NCBI GenBank assembly: GCA_963799055.1
Contig: CAWCVP010000009.1
Coordinates: 2,299 to 66,298, forward strand
Source of the DNA: an uncultured Candidatus Rokubacteria bacterium
GTDB lineage: Bacteria; Methylomirabilota; Methylomirabilia; Rokubacteriales; DASRDR01
Direction: 5' to 3'
Length of the DNA: 64,000 bases
Below the pieces are notes generated by a model. It was not told where the DNA came from, made no database searches, and worked only from the letters and a program-made list of their open reading frames with translations. The translations under genes were made by a program, and so were the position numbers. This document shows, piece after piece, positions 19,204 to 28,018 of the stretch (within the stretch, counting starts at the first letter, position 1; each line of letters begins with the position of its first letter).

Positions 19204-20721
19204 ATGCTCGACGCCTTCGTCGACGGGCTCGTCCTGGTCCTCCAGTGGAAGGCCTTCAGCCTCATGCTCGTCGGCATGGGGACCGGGTTCGTGGTCGGGC
19301 TCCTGCCCGGCATCGGCGGCGCCGCCAGCCTCGCCCTGATGCTCCCGTTCGTGTTCACCATGACGCCGGTGGAGGCGTTCGCCTTCCTCCTCGGCATGCA
19401 CTCGGTGGCGGCGACCACCGGGGACATCACCTCCATCCTGTTCGGCGTGCCGGGGGAGGGGCTCTCGGCGGCCACGGTCGTCGACGGCCACCCCATGGCC
19501 AAGCGCGGGGAGGCGGGCCGGGCGCTCGGCGCCGCCCTCATGAGCTCGCTGCTGGGCGCCCTCATCGGGGCGGCGACCCTCGCCGTCTCCGTCCCGATCG
19601 TCCGTCCGCTCGTGCTGACGTTCGGGTCTCCCGAGCTGTTCATGGTCTCGGTCGTGGGCCTCGCCTGCATCACCTCGCTCAGCGGGCTGGGGGTGCGAGG
19701 CCAGCTCCGGGGCTGCGCGATGGGGCTCCTCGGCCTCCTCCTCTCGACGATCGGGCAGGAGCGGCAGTCGGGAGCCCTCCGGTTCGACATGGGCCTCACC
19801 ACCCTCTGGGACGGCCTCGACCTCATCCCGGTCCTGGTCGGGATCTTCGCGATCCCGGAGCTGGTCGACCTGGCGGTGCGCAGGACCACGATCGCGGGGG
19901 ATCGACCCCCGGAGGCGCTTCGGGCCGGCGTCCTGGAGGGCGTCAAGGACACCTTCCGCCACTTCTGGCTGGTCGCGCGCTGCTCGGCGATCGGCGTCTT
20001 CGTCGGGATCCTCCCCGGCGCCGGCGGCGGCGTCGCCCAGTGGATGGCGTACGCCCACGCCGTCCAGAGCGCCCGCGACGCGAAGGAGCGGCAGGGCTTC
20101 GGCAAGGGGGACATCCGGGGTGTCCTCGGGCCCGGCGCCGCGAACAACTCGAAGGAGGGCGGCGACCTCATCCCGACCATCGCCTTCGGGGTCCCCGGCA
20201 GCGGGGCCATGGCGATCCTCCTCGGCGCCTTCATGATCATGGGGCTGGTCCCGGGACCGGACATGCTGACCAAGCACCTCGCGGTCACCTTCTCCATGGT
20301 GTGGACCCTGGTGATCGCGAACATCATCACGGTGCTGCTGTGCCTCCTCGTCCTGAACCACCTGGCGAAGGTGACGCAGATCCGGGGCGGGCTGATCATC
20401 CCCTTCGTGCTGCTCCTGGTCTTCGTGGGGAGCTACACCGCCAACGGCCAGTTCACGGACCTGATCATCACCGTGGTCTTCGGCGTCCTCGGCTACTTCA
20501 TGGTCCGCTTCGGCTGGCCCCGACCGCCGCTGGTGCTGGGCTTCGTGCTGGGGCGCCTCGCCGAGACGTACCTCTTCATCTCGGTGGCGCGCTACGGCAT
20601 GGCGTGGCTCGGCCGCCCGATCGTCGCCTTCCTGATCGTTCTCACGGTGTTCGTCCTCGTCTACCCGTTCCTCCAGGAGCGGCGCCAGGGCCGCGCCAGG
20701 GCGGTGGCGAGTGCGGCCTAG
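19204..20721 (+). CDS. TctA-like large permease (TTT set 4), paralog of 13052..15139
   Basis: Track ORF 505 aa: MLDAFVDGLVLVLQWKAFSLMLVGMGTGFVVGLLPGIGG..., GDITSILFGVPGEG, GVLGPGAANN. Confidence 0.85.
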   Translation: MLDAFVDGLVLVLQWKAFSLMLVGMGTGFVVGLLPGIGGAASLALMLPFVFTMTPVEAFAFLLGMHSVAATTGDITSILFGVPGEGLSAATVVDGHPMAKRGEAGRALGAALMSSLLGALIGAATLAVSVPIVRPLVLTFGSPELFMVSVVGLACITSLSGLGVRGQLRGCAMGLLGLLLSTIGQERQSGALRFDMGLTTLWDGLDLIPVLVGIFAIPELVDLAVRRTTIAGDRPPEALRAGVLEGVKDTFRHFWLVARCSAIGVFVGILPGAGGGVAQWMAYAHAVQSARDAKERQGFGKGDIRGVLGPGAANNSKEGGDLIPTIAFGVPGSGAMAILLGAFMIMGLVPGPDMLTKHLAVTFSMVWTLVIANIITVLLCLLVLNHLAKVTQIRGGLIIPFVLLLVFVGSYTANGQFTDLIITVVFGVLGYFMVRFGWPRPPLVLGFVLGRLAETYLFISVARYGMAWLGRPIVAFLIVLTVFVLVYPFLQERRQGRARAVASAA

Positions 20722-21191
20722 CGGACGCGCGCTCTTCAGCCTGTTCCTGGTCGCGGTGGGGGCGTTCGCCGTCGTGTCGGCGTGGCGCTGGCCCTTCAAG
20801 GCCGCCCTCTTCCCGCTGGCCGTCGGGATTCCGCTGGCCGTCGTGGCCGGGCGTGCAGCTCGTGCTCGACCTCCGGGGCCGGGGCGAGCCGGAGGCCGGG
20901 CCGGCGGTGGATCTCCAGTTCGGCGGCGACGTGCCGGACGACGTCGCTCGCCGGCGGGCGGGGACGCTCTTCGCCTGGATCGTGGGTTTCGTCGCGCTGG
21001 TGTGGCTGGTCGGCTTCCCGATCGCCGTCCCCGTCTTCATGGCGTCATACCTCTTGTTGCGGAGTGCGACGGACTGGCGGGTGGCCGCCGGCCTCACCGC
21101 CGCGGCGTGGGCGTTCTTCTACGGCGTGTTCCAGTGGGCGCTCCGGCTGCCGTTCGAGACGGGCTGGCTCCAGAGCCGGATGGGCTGGTGA
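20711..21191 (+). CDS. TctB-like small subunit (set 4), frame break near 20851; possibly fused to the preceding TctA
   Basis: RPSGRALFSLFLVAVGAFAVVSAWRWPFKAALFPLAVGIPLAVVAG, then one frame over VQLVLDLRGRGEPEAG...LFAWIVGFVALVWLVGFPIAVPVFMASYLLL...ETGWLQSRMGW (tail of track ORF 18579..21191). It aligns with the C-terminal domain of the fused paralog. Confidence 0.65.
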
Positions 21192-21215
21192 GAGTGTGAC
21201 CAAAGGAGGAAAGAG

Positions 21216-22226
21216 ATGACCCGCACGCGCATCGTCCTCGTCATGATGGCCATCGCGGCGCTCCTCGTGGCGCCGATGGCCCAGGCGCAGGCCCCGTTCT
21301 ACGAGGGCAAGACGGTCACGGTCGTGATCGGCGCCACCGGCGGCAGCCTGAACGTCGGCGCCCGGATCGTCGCCCGCCACCTGGGCAAGCACATTCCCGG
21401 CAACCCGACGGTGATCGTCCAGAACATGACGGGAGCCGCCCACCTCGTGGCGACGAACCACGTGTTCAACGTCGCGAAGCCGGACGGCCTGACCCTCCTG
21501 GCCGCCAACCCGAACGTGGGCATCGCCCAGCTGTCCAAGGTCGATGCCGTGCGCTTCGACGTCCGGAAGTTCGAGTGGCTCGGCTCGTCGGGCGCCGACG
21601 GCGTGGTGATGGGGATCCGCGCCGACCTGCCGTACAAGACCTTCGAGGAGATGCGGAAGGCCGACCGGGAGCTGGTGGTGGGCACGACCGGCCCGGGGTC
21701 GAACGCCCACGACTTCCCGCTTCTCCTCAAGGAGTTCGCCGGCGCCAAGTTCAAGTTCGTCTCCGGTTACCCGGCCAACGCCGACGTCCTCCTGGCCATC
21801 GAGCGCAAGGAGGTGGACGTGTGGGCCGCGTTCGCGTCGACGGTCCGACCCGCGGTGGAGCGCGGGGCGGTGCGACCCGTCGTGCGGAGCCGCGTGCCCG
21901 CTCCGGGCTTCGCGCAGCTGCCGGTCGACGAGGACCTGACCACCGACCCGATCGGGAAGGCGATCATGGGAATCCGCGCCGTGCCCCAGGCCATCGGGCG
22001 GGCGTTCGCGGCGCCGCCCGGCACCCCCGCCGACCGCGTGGCGATCCTCCGGGAGGCGCTCGCCAAGGCGTTGCGGGATCCGGAGCTGAAGGCCGAGGGC
22101 GACAAGGCCCAGATCGAGTTCCAGCTGATCTCGCACGAGGAGGTCGCCAAGGGCTTCGGCACCCTGCTGGAGCAGCGGCCGGAGGTGCTCAAGGAGATGG
22201 AGAAGTACATCAAGTTCGGTAGCTGA
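21216..22226 (+). CDS. Bug/TctC-like periplasmic substrate-binding protein
   Basis: Track ORF 336 aa, AAGGAGG SD, signal MTRTRIVLVMMAIAALLVAPMAQAQ. FYEGKTVTVVIG...HIPGNPTVIVQNM...AKPDGLTLL. Paralogous to 23174..24202. Confidence 0.8.
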   Translation: MTRTRIVLVMMAIAALLVAPMAQAQAPFYEGKTVTVVIGATGGSLNVGARIVARHLGKHIPGNPTVIVQNMTGAAHLVATNHVFNVAKPDGLTLLAANPNVGIAQLSKVDAVRFDVRKFEWLGSSGADGVVMGIRADLPYKTFEEMRKADRELVVGTTGPGSNAHDFPLLLKEFAGAKFKFVSGYPANADVLLAIERKEVDVWAAFASTVRPAVERGAVRPVVRSRVPAPGFAQLPVDEDLTTDPIGKAIMGIRAVPQAIGRAFAAPPGTPADRVAILREALAKALRDPELKAEGDKAQIEFQLISHEEVAKGFGTLLEQRPEVLKEMEKYIKFGS

Positions 22227-22275
22227 GGCGGTCGGCCGAGGCGCCGGACAGGGGAGCGACCCCGTCCTGCTCCGA

Positions 22276-23196
22276 GTGCGCGTATTCCCTGGCGTGCAGA
22301 ACCTTGCGTTCTTCGCGGGCCAGGCCAAGGGTCTCTTCGCCCGGCAGGAGCTCGCGCTCGACCTCCAGCTGACGACGAGCTCGCAGGCGCTGAGGGACGG
22401 CCTCGCGGCGGGCGACTTCGAGATCGCCCACGCCGCGGTGGACAACGCGATCGCGATGGTCGAGACGGCCGGCATCGACGTCGTCGTCGTGATGGGCGGC
22501 AGCGACGGGCTGAACGAGCTGGTCGTTCAGCCCGGGATCCGCTCGGTCGCCGATCTCCGGAGCAGGACGGTGATCGTCGATGCCCCGAACACCGCCTACG
22601 CGCTCCAGCTCCGGAAGATCCTCCTCACGCATGGGCTGGTCGCCGGCCGGGACTACACCGTCCGGGCGATCGGAGGCACGGCCCTTCGCCTCGAGGCGAT
22701 GCTGGCGAACCGGGAGTACGCCGCGTCGATGCTGAACCCGCCGTTCTCGATTCTCGCCGAGCGGGCAGGCCTCGGGAGCCTGGGGCTCGCCGTGAGCATT
22801 CTCGGCCCGTATCAGGCCACCGCCGGCTTCGTGCTCCGATCGTGGGCTGAGGCCAACGCGGCGACGCTCGAGCGCTACATCCGCGCCCACGTGGAGAGCC
22901 TGCGGTGGGCGCTGGCGCCGGCCAACCGCGAAGAGGTGGTGGCCCTCCTGGCCGCCCGCCTCGATCTGGCGCCGGACGTCGCCGCGGTGACCTACGCCCG
23001 GGCGGTCGATCCGGTGGGCGGTCTGGCGCCCGACGCTCGACTCGACCTCGACGGGCTCCGGGCCGTCCTCAGGCTCCGCGCCGAGCTGGAGGGAGGCTCC
23101 GGCGATCGGCCGCCGCCCCCGGCGTCCCGCTACTACGACCCCCGGTACTACGAGCGGGCGCTCGCCGGGGCGCTCAGTTCTGGAGGATGGCCTTGA
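22276..23196 (+). CDS. NMT1/THI5-like binding-fold protein (no signal peptide)
   Basis: Track ORF 306 aa, GTG start. Two-lobed SBP-like pattern (AGQAKGLFARQELALDL...GDFEIAHAAVDNAI...VIVDAPNTAYALQLRKIL). Confidence 0.65.
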   Translation: MRVFPGVQNLAFFAGQAKGLFARQELALDLQLTTSSQALRDGLAAGDFEIAHAAVDNAIAMVETAGIDVVVVMGGSDGLNELVVQPGIRSVADLRSRTVIVDAPNTAYALQLRKILLTHGLVAGRDYTVRAIGGTALRLEAMLANREYAASMLNPPFSILAERAGLGSLGLAVSILGPYQATAGFVLRSWAEANAATLERYIRAHVESLRWALAPANREEVVALLAARLDLAPDVAAVTYARAVDPVGGLAPDARLDLDGLRAVLRLRAELEGGSGDRPPPPASRYYDPRYYERALAGALSSGGWP

Positions 23197-24202
23197 GCTT
23201 GGCGACGAGGGCGGGGTCGAGCTTGAAGAGATCGCCGATCATCTTCTCCAGCTCCTCGCCGGTCACGGGGAGGATGGTCAGCTTGGCCTTCTCCACTTCC
23301 GCCAGGAAGGCGGCGTCCTTCAGCGTGTCCTGGAAGGCCTTTCGGAGCACCTGAACCCGCTCCTTCGGGGTGCCCGGCGGCAGGACGAAGGGGCGAGCGT
23401 ACGCGGCGGCGTCCTGGGCTCCCACCTGGATCAGGCGGCGCGCCTCGTCGGTCTTGGCCAGGGCGATCGCCAGAGGGACGTTGGGAAGATCCGGGAAGGG
23501 GCGAGCCGTCACCTGCAGGACCGGGATCACGTCGCCCGCCTCGAGCGCGTTGCGCCACGTCGCCCGCATCGACTCCCAGGACCAGCAGGCCCCCGATACC
23601 TCGCCGCCGTCCGCGGCCAGCCGGATCTCCGCGGTGCCCTTGTAGCCGGAAACCAGGTGGATCGGCAGGCCGAGGGTTGCTTTCAGGATCAGCGCGGTGT
23701 TGTTCGGCGGCGCTCCCGGGGCGAGACCGCCCAGCTTGACGGGTGTCCCGGACGCCATCCACTTCTCCGCGCTCGTGACGCCACTGGCCTTCGTGAGCGC
23801 GCAGGCCACGTCCTCCGTGACGGCGGCGCCGATGAACTCGAACTTCCGCCCGTCGAACTCGATTCCCGGCTGCCCGAGGACCTGGCCGAGGATGAGCGAC
23901 CCGCTGAACTTGCCCACGGTCAGGCCGTCCGGCTTGGCCACCTTGAAGAGGTGATTGGCGGAGATCAGGCTCCCCGCTCCGGGCATGTTCTCGACGACCA
24001 CGGTGGGGTTCCCGGGAATGTGCCGGCCCAGGTGACGCGCGACCACCCGCGCATACGTGTCGTAGCCGCCTCCCGGCGCCAGGCCGACGATGATGCGGAC
24101 CGTCTTGCCCTCGTAGAACGACTGGGCGTCGGCGGTCCGTCCGGCGCCGACCGAGGCGAGTGCGACGAGCGTCGTCAGGACCGTGAGGAGCCGGCTCAGC
24201 AT
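23174..24202 (-). CDS. Bug/TctC-family periplasmic substrate-binding protein
   Basis: Internal ATG of track ORF 23174..24529, after GGGAGG. MLSRLLTVLTTLVALASVGAGRTADAQ signal; IIVGLAPGGGYDTYARVVARHLGRHIPGNPTVVVENMPGAGS...AKPDGLTV. Confidence 0.8.
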   Translation of the reverse strand: MLSRLLTVLTTLVALASVGAGRTADAQSFYEGKTVRIIVGLAPGGGYDTYARVVARHLGRHIPGNPTVVVENMPGAGSLISANHLFKVAKPDGLTVGKFSGSLILGQVLGQPGIEFDGRKFEFIGAAVTEDVACALTKASGVTSAEKWMASGTPVKLGGLAPGAPPNNTALILKATLGLPIHLVSGYKGTAEIRLAADGGEVSGACWSWESMRATWRNALEAGDVIPVLQVTARPFPDLPNVPLAIALAKTDEARRLIQVGAQDAAAYARPFVLPPGTPKERVQVLRKAFQDTLKDAAFLAEVEKAKLTILPVTGEELEKMIGDLFKLDPALVAKLKAILQN

Positions 24203-24355
24203 GGGGGCCTCCCTGGGAACAGAGTGTGGCCAGGATAGCGCACCTGGAGGCGGGCGAACCAGGCGTCCAGGGCCCGGCGCCCGCGAGGCGCGATCGTCTC
24301 CCCGCGGCCCGGCCGGCTTGACAAGGGTCGGCATCCTTGGCAGGTTCGCCTCGGT

Positions 24356-24613
24356 GTGAGCGTCTATCAGGTTCAGAAGCTGCTCTTTCACGTCAACCGG
24401 GACCGACAGGTCCGTGACCGGTTCCTGACCGAGCGCGACGCGCTGGTGAGGGAGTACGGGCTCACGGAGGACGAACGGCGCGCGGTCCTCGAGGTGGACT
24501 TCCACGACCTCTACCGGATGGGCGTGCACTCGCTCCTCTTGGCGCCGCTCGCGGCGACCCTCGAGGTGAGCTTCCCCGACTACCTGGCGATGATCCGGGG
24601 GACCAAGCCGTGA
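24356..24613 (+). CDS. LigA-like small subunit of a class III extradiol dioxygenase
   Basis: Track ORF 85 aa: VYQVQKLLFHVNRDRQVRDRFLTERDALVREYGLTEDERRAVLEVDFHDLYRMGVH. Overlaps the LigB-like gene by 4 nt. Confidence 0.7.
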   Translation: MSVYQVQKLLFHVNRDRQVRDRFLTERDALVREYGLTEDERRAVLEVDFHDLYRMGVHSLLLAPLAATLEVSFPDYLAMIRGTKP

Positions 24614-25422
24614 GCCTCGTGGGTGCCTTCGCCGCGAGCCACGCGCCCGGGATCACCGGGCGCCCCAACCAGCCGCCTCCCGAGCAATCGGCGCCCGTCC
24701 TCGGCGGTTACGCCGAGCTCCGGCGCCGGCTCGAGGCCGCGCGTCCCGACGTGCTCGTGGTCGTCTCCCCGGAGCACTGGGCCAACTTCTTCCTCGATCA
24801 CATGCCGTCGTTCTGCATCGGTCTGGCCGACGAGTACTGGGGGCCGACCGACGAGGAGTTCGTGAAGATCCCGCGCCGCGCGGTCCGGGGCCATGCGCGG
24901 CTCGGGCGCGCGCTGGCCGCCGGCATCGCCGAGGACGTCGACCTGTGCACGTCCCAGGAGCTGGCGTTCGACCACGGGGTGATGGTGCCGCTGCATCTTC
25001 TGGGCACCGACCTCCCGGTGATCCCGATCATCGTGAACTGCCTCGCCGGGCTCCCCGCGCCGCTCCACCGTTGCCACGCGCTCGGCGTCGCGCTGCGCCG
25101 CACGGTGGAGCGCTGGCCGGAGCGGGTGGCGGTCCTCGGCACGGGCGGGCTCTCTCACTGGCCGGCGATGCCGGAGTCCGGGCGGATCGGGGCCGACTTC
25201 GACCAGCGCTTCCTCGAGGCGTTTCTCGGTGGCCGCATCGAAACCTTCCTGCGCTATTCGCGCGAGAGGCTGGAGGCGGAGGCCGGACCGGGGGGACACG
25301 AGATCCGCACCTGGATCGCGGTGGCCGGCAGCGCCGGCGACGGTCGTGGCTCGTTGCTGGCCTATCAGGCCGTGCCGGCCTGGTCCACCGGGTGTGCGGT
25401 CGCGGCGCTCGAGCCTCGCTAG
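24610..25422 (+). CDS. LigB-family (class III) extradiol ring-cleavage dioxygenase catalytic subunit
   Basis: Track ORF 270 aa: GAFAASHAPGI..., VVVSPEHWANFF, AFDHGVMVPL, GTGGLSHWP. Confidence 0.85.
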   Translation: MSLVGAFAASHAPGITGRPNQPPPEQSAPVLGGYAELRRRLEAARPDVLVVVSPEHWANFFLDHMPSFCIGLADEYWGPTDEEFVKIPRRAVRGHARLGRALAAGIAEDVDLCTSQELAFDHGVMVPLHLLGTDLPVIPIIVNCLAGLPAPLHRCHALGVALRRTVERWPERVAVLGTGGLSHWPAMPESGRIGADFDQRFLEAFLGGRIETFLRYSRERLEAEAGPGGHEIRTWIAVAGSAGDGRGSLLAYQAVPAWSTGCAVAALEPR

Positions 25423-25512
25423 GGCCGTCGTCGCCCGCCGTGAATTGCCCGCGGCACCCGCGGCCGTCGCGTCCGGGATCGGCCTGCGCGCGCCTCTGAT
25501 CGGCCGGCACTG

Positions 25513-27846
25513 ATGGGTCCGTTCGGCATCGGGCAGGCGGTCCGGCGATTCGAGGACGTCCGCCTGGTCCGGGGCGGGGGACGGTTCCAGGGCGACGTCA
25601 ACGTGCCCGGCCAGGCCCACGCCATCGTCCTCCGATCGATGCACGCCCACGCGCGCATTCGGGCGATCGACACGTCGGCGGCGCTCCGGGCTCCCGGTGT
25701 CCTCGCGGTCTTCACGGGCCAGGACCTGGCCGAGGCGGGGCTCGGCGCGACGCGGACGACCCTGTCCCGCACTCGGCCCGACGGCTCACCGATGTTCGCG
25801 CCCGTCCATCCCGTCCTCGTACGGGACCGGGTGCGATGCGTGGGGGATCCGGTCGCTTTCCTGGTCGCGGAGTCGGTGGCCCAGGCGGAGGACGCCGCCG
25901 AGCTGGTCCGGATCGAGTACGAGGCCCTTCCCTCGGTGACCGCGACGGCCGAGGCGGCCCGGCCGGGGAGCCCTCCCGTGTGGGACGAGTGCCCCGACAA
26001 CGTCTCGAACGTTTTCGAGACCGGAGAGCAGGCGGCCACCGACGCGGCCTTCGCCCGGGCCGACCATGTCGTCCGGCGCCGCTACGTCATCACCCGTGTC
26101 CATGCCCAGTACATGGAGCCCCGGGGGGCCCTCGGCGTCTACGATCCGGGCGAGGACCGCTACACGCTCCACGCCGACGTGCAGTACCCGCACCGCGTGC
26201 GCAGCGTCCTGGCCTCGGCCGTCTTCCGGGTTCCCGAGCACCGGATCCGCGTCGTCGCGGGCGACATCGGCGGCGCCTTCGGGACCAAGGGCTGGCAGTA
26301 TCCCGAGCACCGTCTGGTCCTGTGGGCGGCCCGGAAGCTGGGGCGCCCGGTCCGGTGGGCTTGCGAGCGCCGCGAGGCGATCCTCGCCGACGAGCACGCG
26401 CGGGACACGGTGAGCGAGGCCGAGCTGGCCCTGGACGCGCGGGGTCGCTTCCTGGGGCTCCGCGTCCGGACCGTCGCGAACGTGGGCGCCTACGTGTCGT
26501 CGGACCGGAACCTCCTCGCGACCTTCATGAACGTCGCGACGCTGGTCGGCGTCTACACGATTCCCACGGCGCACGTCCACGTCACCTGCGTGCTGTCCAA
26601 CGTGAACTCCACGGCGCCCTATCGCGGGGCTGGCCGCCCGGAGTCGACCTACGTCATCGAGCGCCTCATCGACGACGCGGCCCGCGAGCTCGGCCGGGAC
26701 CGGATCGAGCTCCGGCGGATCAATCTGATCCCAGCCGCGGCGATGCCGTATCGGACGGCACTGAAGGCGACCTACGACAGCGGGCACTTCGAGAAGAGCA
26801 TGGACAAGGCGCTCGGGCTGGCCGACGTGGCCGGGTTTCCGGCCCGGCGCGAGGCATCACGCCGTCAGGGCCGGCTGCGGGGCCTGGCGGTCGTCAACGC
26901 GATCGAGCGGGCGGCCTCGCCTCAGCCCGAGTTCGCCGAGATCCGGTTCGACCCGAGCGGGGGCGTCACCCTCCTCATGGGCACCAAGAACCAGGGGCAG
27001 GGCCACGAGACGACGTTCAAGCAGGTGCTCCACGAGCGGCTCGGCCTCGCCCCTGACGCGGTCCGGTACATCGACGGCGACACCGACCGGGTCGCCTTCG
27101 GTACGGGGACGATGGGGTCCCGCTCCACGGTCGTCGGCGGCTCGGCGCTCTGGCTCGCCGCCGACAAGGTGATCGCCAAGGGAAAGCTGATCGCCGCGCA
27201 TCTGCTGGAAGCCGCCGAGGCGGATCTCGTGTTCGCCGACGGTCGGTTCCGGGTGGCGGGGACCGACCGGGGCGTGACCGTCACCGAGGTCGCGCGCGCT
27301 GCCTTTCAGCCGGCCCAGCTACCGCCGGGGCTCGAGCCCGGCCTCTACGAGACCGGGACCTTCGTGCCGAAGCAGGACACGTGGCCGAACGGCTGCCACG
27401 TCTGCGAGGTGGAGATCGACCCGGACACTGGCGCCGTCACGCTGGTGACCTACGTGGTCGTGGACGACGTCGGGACGGTCGTCAACCCGCTGACGCTCGC
27501 GGGCCAGATTCATGGCGGTATCGCACAGGGCGTCGGGCAGACTCTCATGGAGGAGGTCGTCTACGATCGCGAGTCCGGCCAGCTCCTGACCGCGTCGTTC
27601 ATGGAGTATGCGATCCCGCGAGCCGACACGCTGCCCGACATGGTGATCGGGAGCAATCCGGTGCCGACGGCGCTCAACCCGCTCGGCGCGAAGGGGGCAG
27701 GGGAGGCGGGCACGGTCGGCGCGCTCCCCGCGGTGATGAACGCCGTCATGGACGCGCTGGCGCCGCTCGGCGTCCGACACCTCGACATGCCGGCGACACC
27801 GGAGCGAGTGTGGCGCGCCATCCGGGAGGCCCGGACCTCGACCTGA
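25513..27846 (+). CDS. xanthine dehydrogenase/CoxL-family molybdopterin-binding large subunit
   Basis: Track ORF 777 aa: GQAVRRFEDVRLVRGGGRFQGDV, APYRGAGRPE, GGAFGTKG, GQGHETT, GAKGAGEAGT. Confidence 0.9.
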   Translation: MGPFGIGQAVRRFEDVRLVRGGGRFQGDVNVPGQAHAIVLRSMHAHARIRAIDTSAALRAPGVLAVFTGQDLAEAGLGATRTTLSRTRPDGSPMFAPVHPVLVRDRVRCVGDPVAFLVAESVAQAEDAAELVRIEYEALPSVTATAEAARPGSPPVWDECPDNVSNVFETGEQAATDAAFARADHVVRRRYVITRVHAQYMEPRGALGVYDPGEDRYTLHADVQYPHRVRSVLASAVFRVPEHRIRVVAGDIGGAFGTKGWQYPEHRLVLWAARKLGRPVRWACERREAILADEHARDTVSEAELALDARGRFLGLRVRTVANVGAYVSSDRNLLATFMNVATLVGVYTIPTAHVHVTCVLSNVNSTAPYRGAGRPESTYVIERLIDDAARELGRDRIELRRINLIPAAAMPYRTALKATYDSGHFEKSMDKALGLADVAGFPARREASRRQGRLRGLAVVNAIERAASPQPEFAEIRFDPSGGVTLLMGTKNQGQGHETTFKQVLHERLGLAPDAVRYIDGDTDRVAFGTGTMGSRSTVVGGSALWLAADKVIAKGKLIAAHLLEAAEADLVFADGRFRVAGTDRGVTVTEVARAAFQPAQLPPGLEPGLYETGTFVPKQDTWPNGCHVCEVEIDPDTGAVTLVTYVVVDDVGTVVNPLTLAGQIHGGIAQGVGQTLMEEVVYDRESGQLLTASFMEYAIPRADTLPDMVIGSNPVPTALNPLGAKGAGEAGTVGALPAVMNAVMDALAPLGVRHLDMPATPERVWRAIREARTST

Positions 27847-27941
27847 CCCGTCCGGCGCCGGCACATCTTCTGCAAAGATTGACCTCGATTGGCGATGGAG
27901 CACGAGGCGGCATGGCGGTCCCGTTCGAGGGGCCGCATTCC

Positions 27942-27971
27942 TTGACAACGTCGAAGACGGGCACGTATCGT
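27942..27971 (+). promoter_or_regulatory. sigma-70-type promoter candidate upstream of the GalT-like gene
   Basis: TTGACA (27942..27947), 18-nt spacer, TATCGT (27966..27971), in a lower-GC intergenic stretch. GGAGG SD before ATG 28019. Confidence 0.45.
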
Positions 27972-28018
27972 GAGGCAAAGATTGGCGTTTTCACCATCCG
28001 ATCGGAGGTTGGCCATTC

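Noticed and set aside
24338-24352. TGGCAGGTTCGCC upstream of the ligA-like gene as a sigma-54 promoter
   Set aside because: It has the TGGCA element but lacks the TTGC(A/T) -12 element at the correct spacing.
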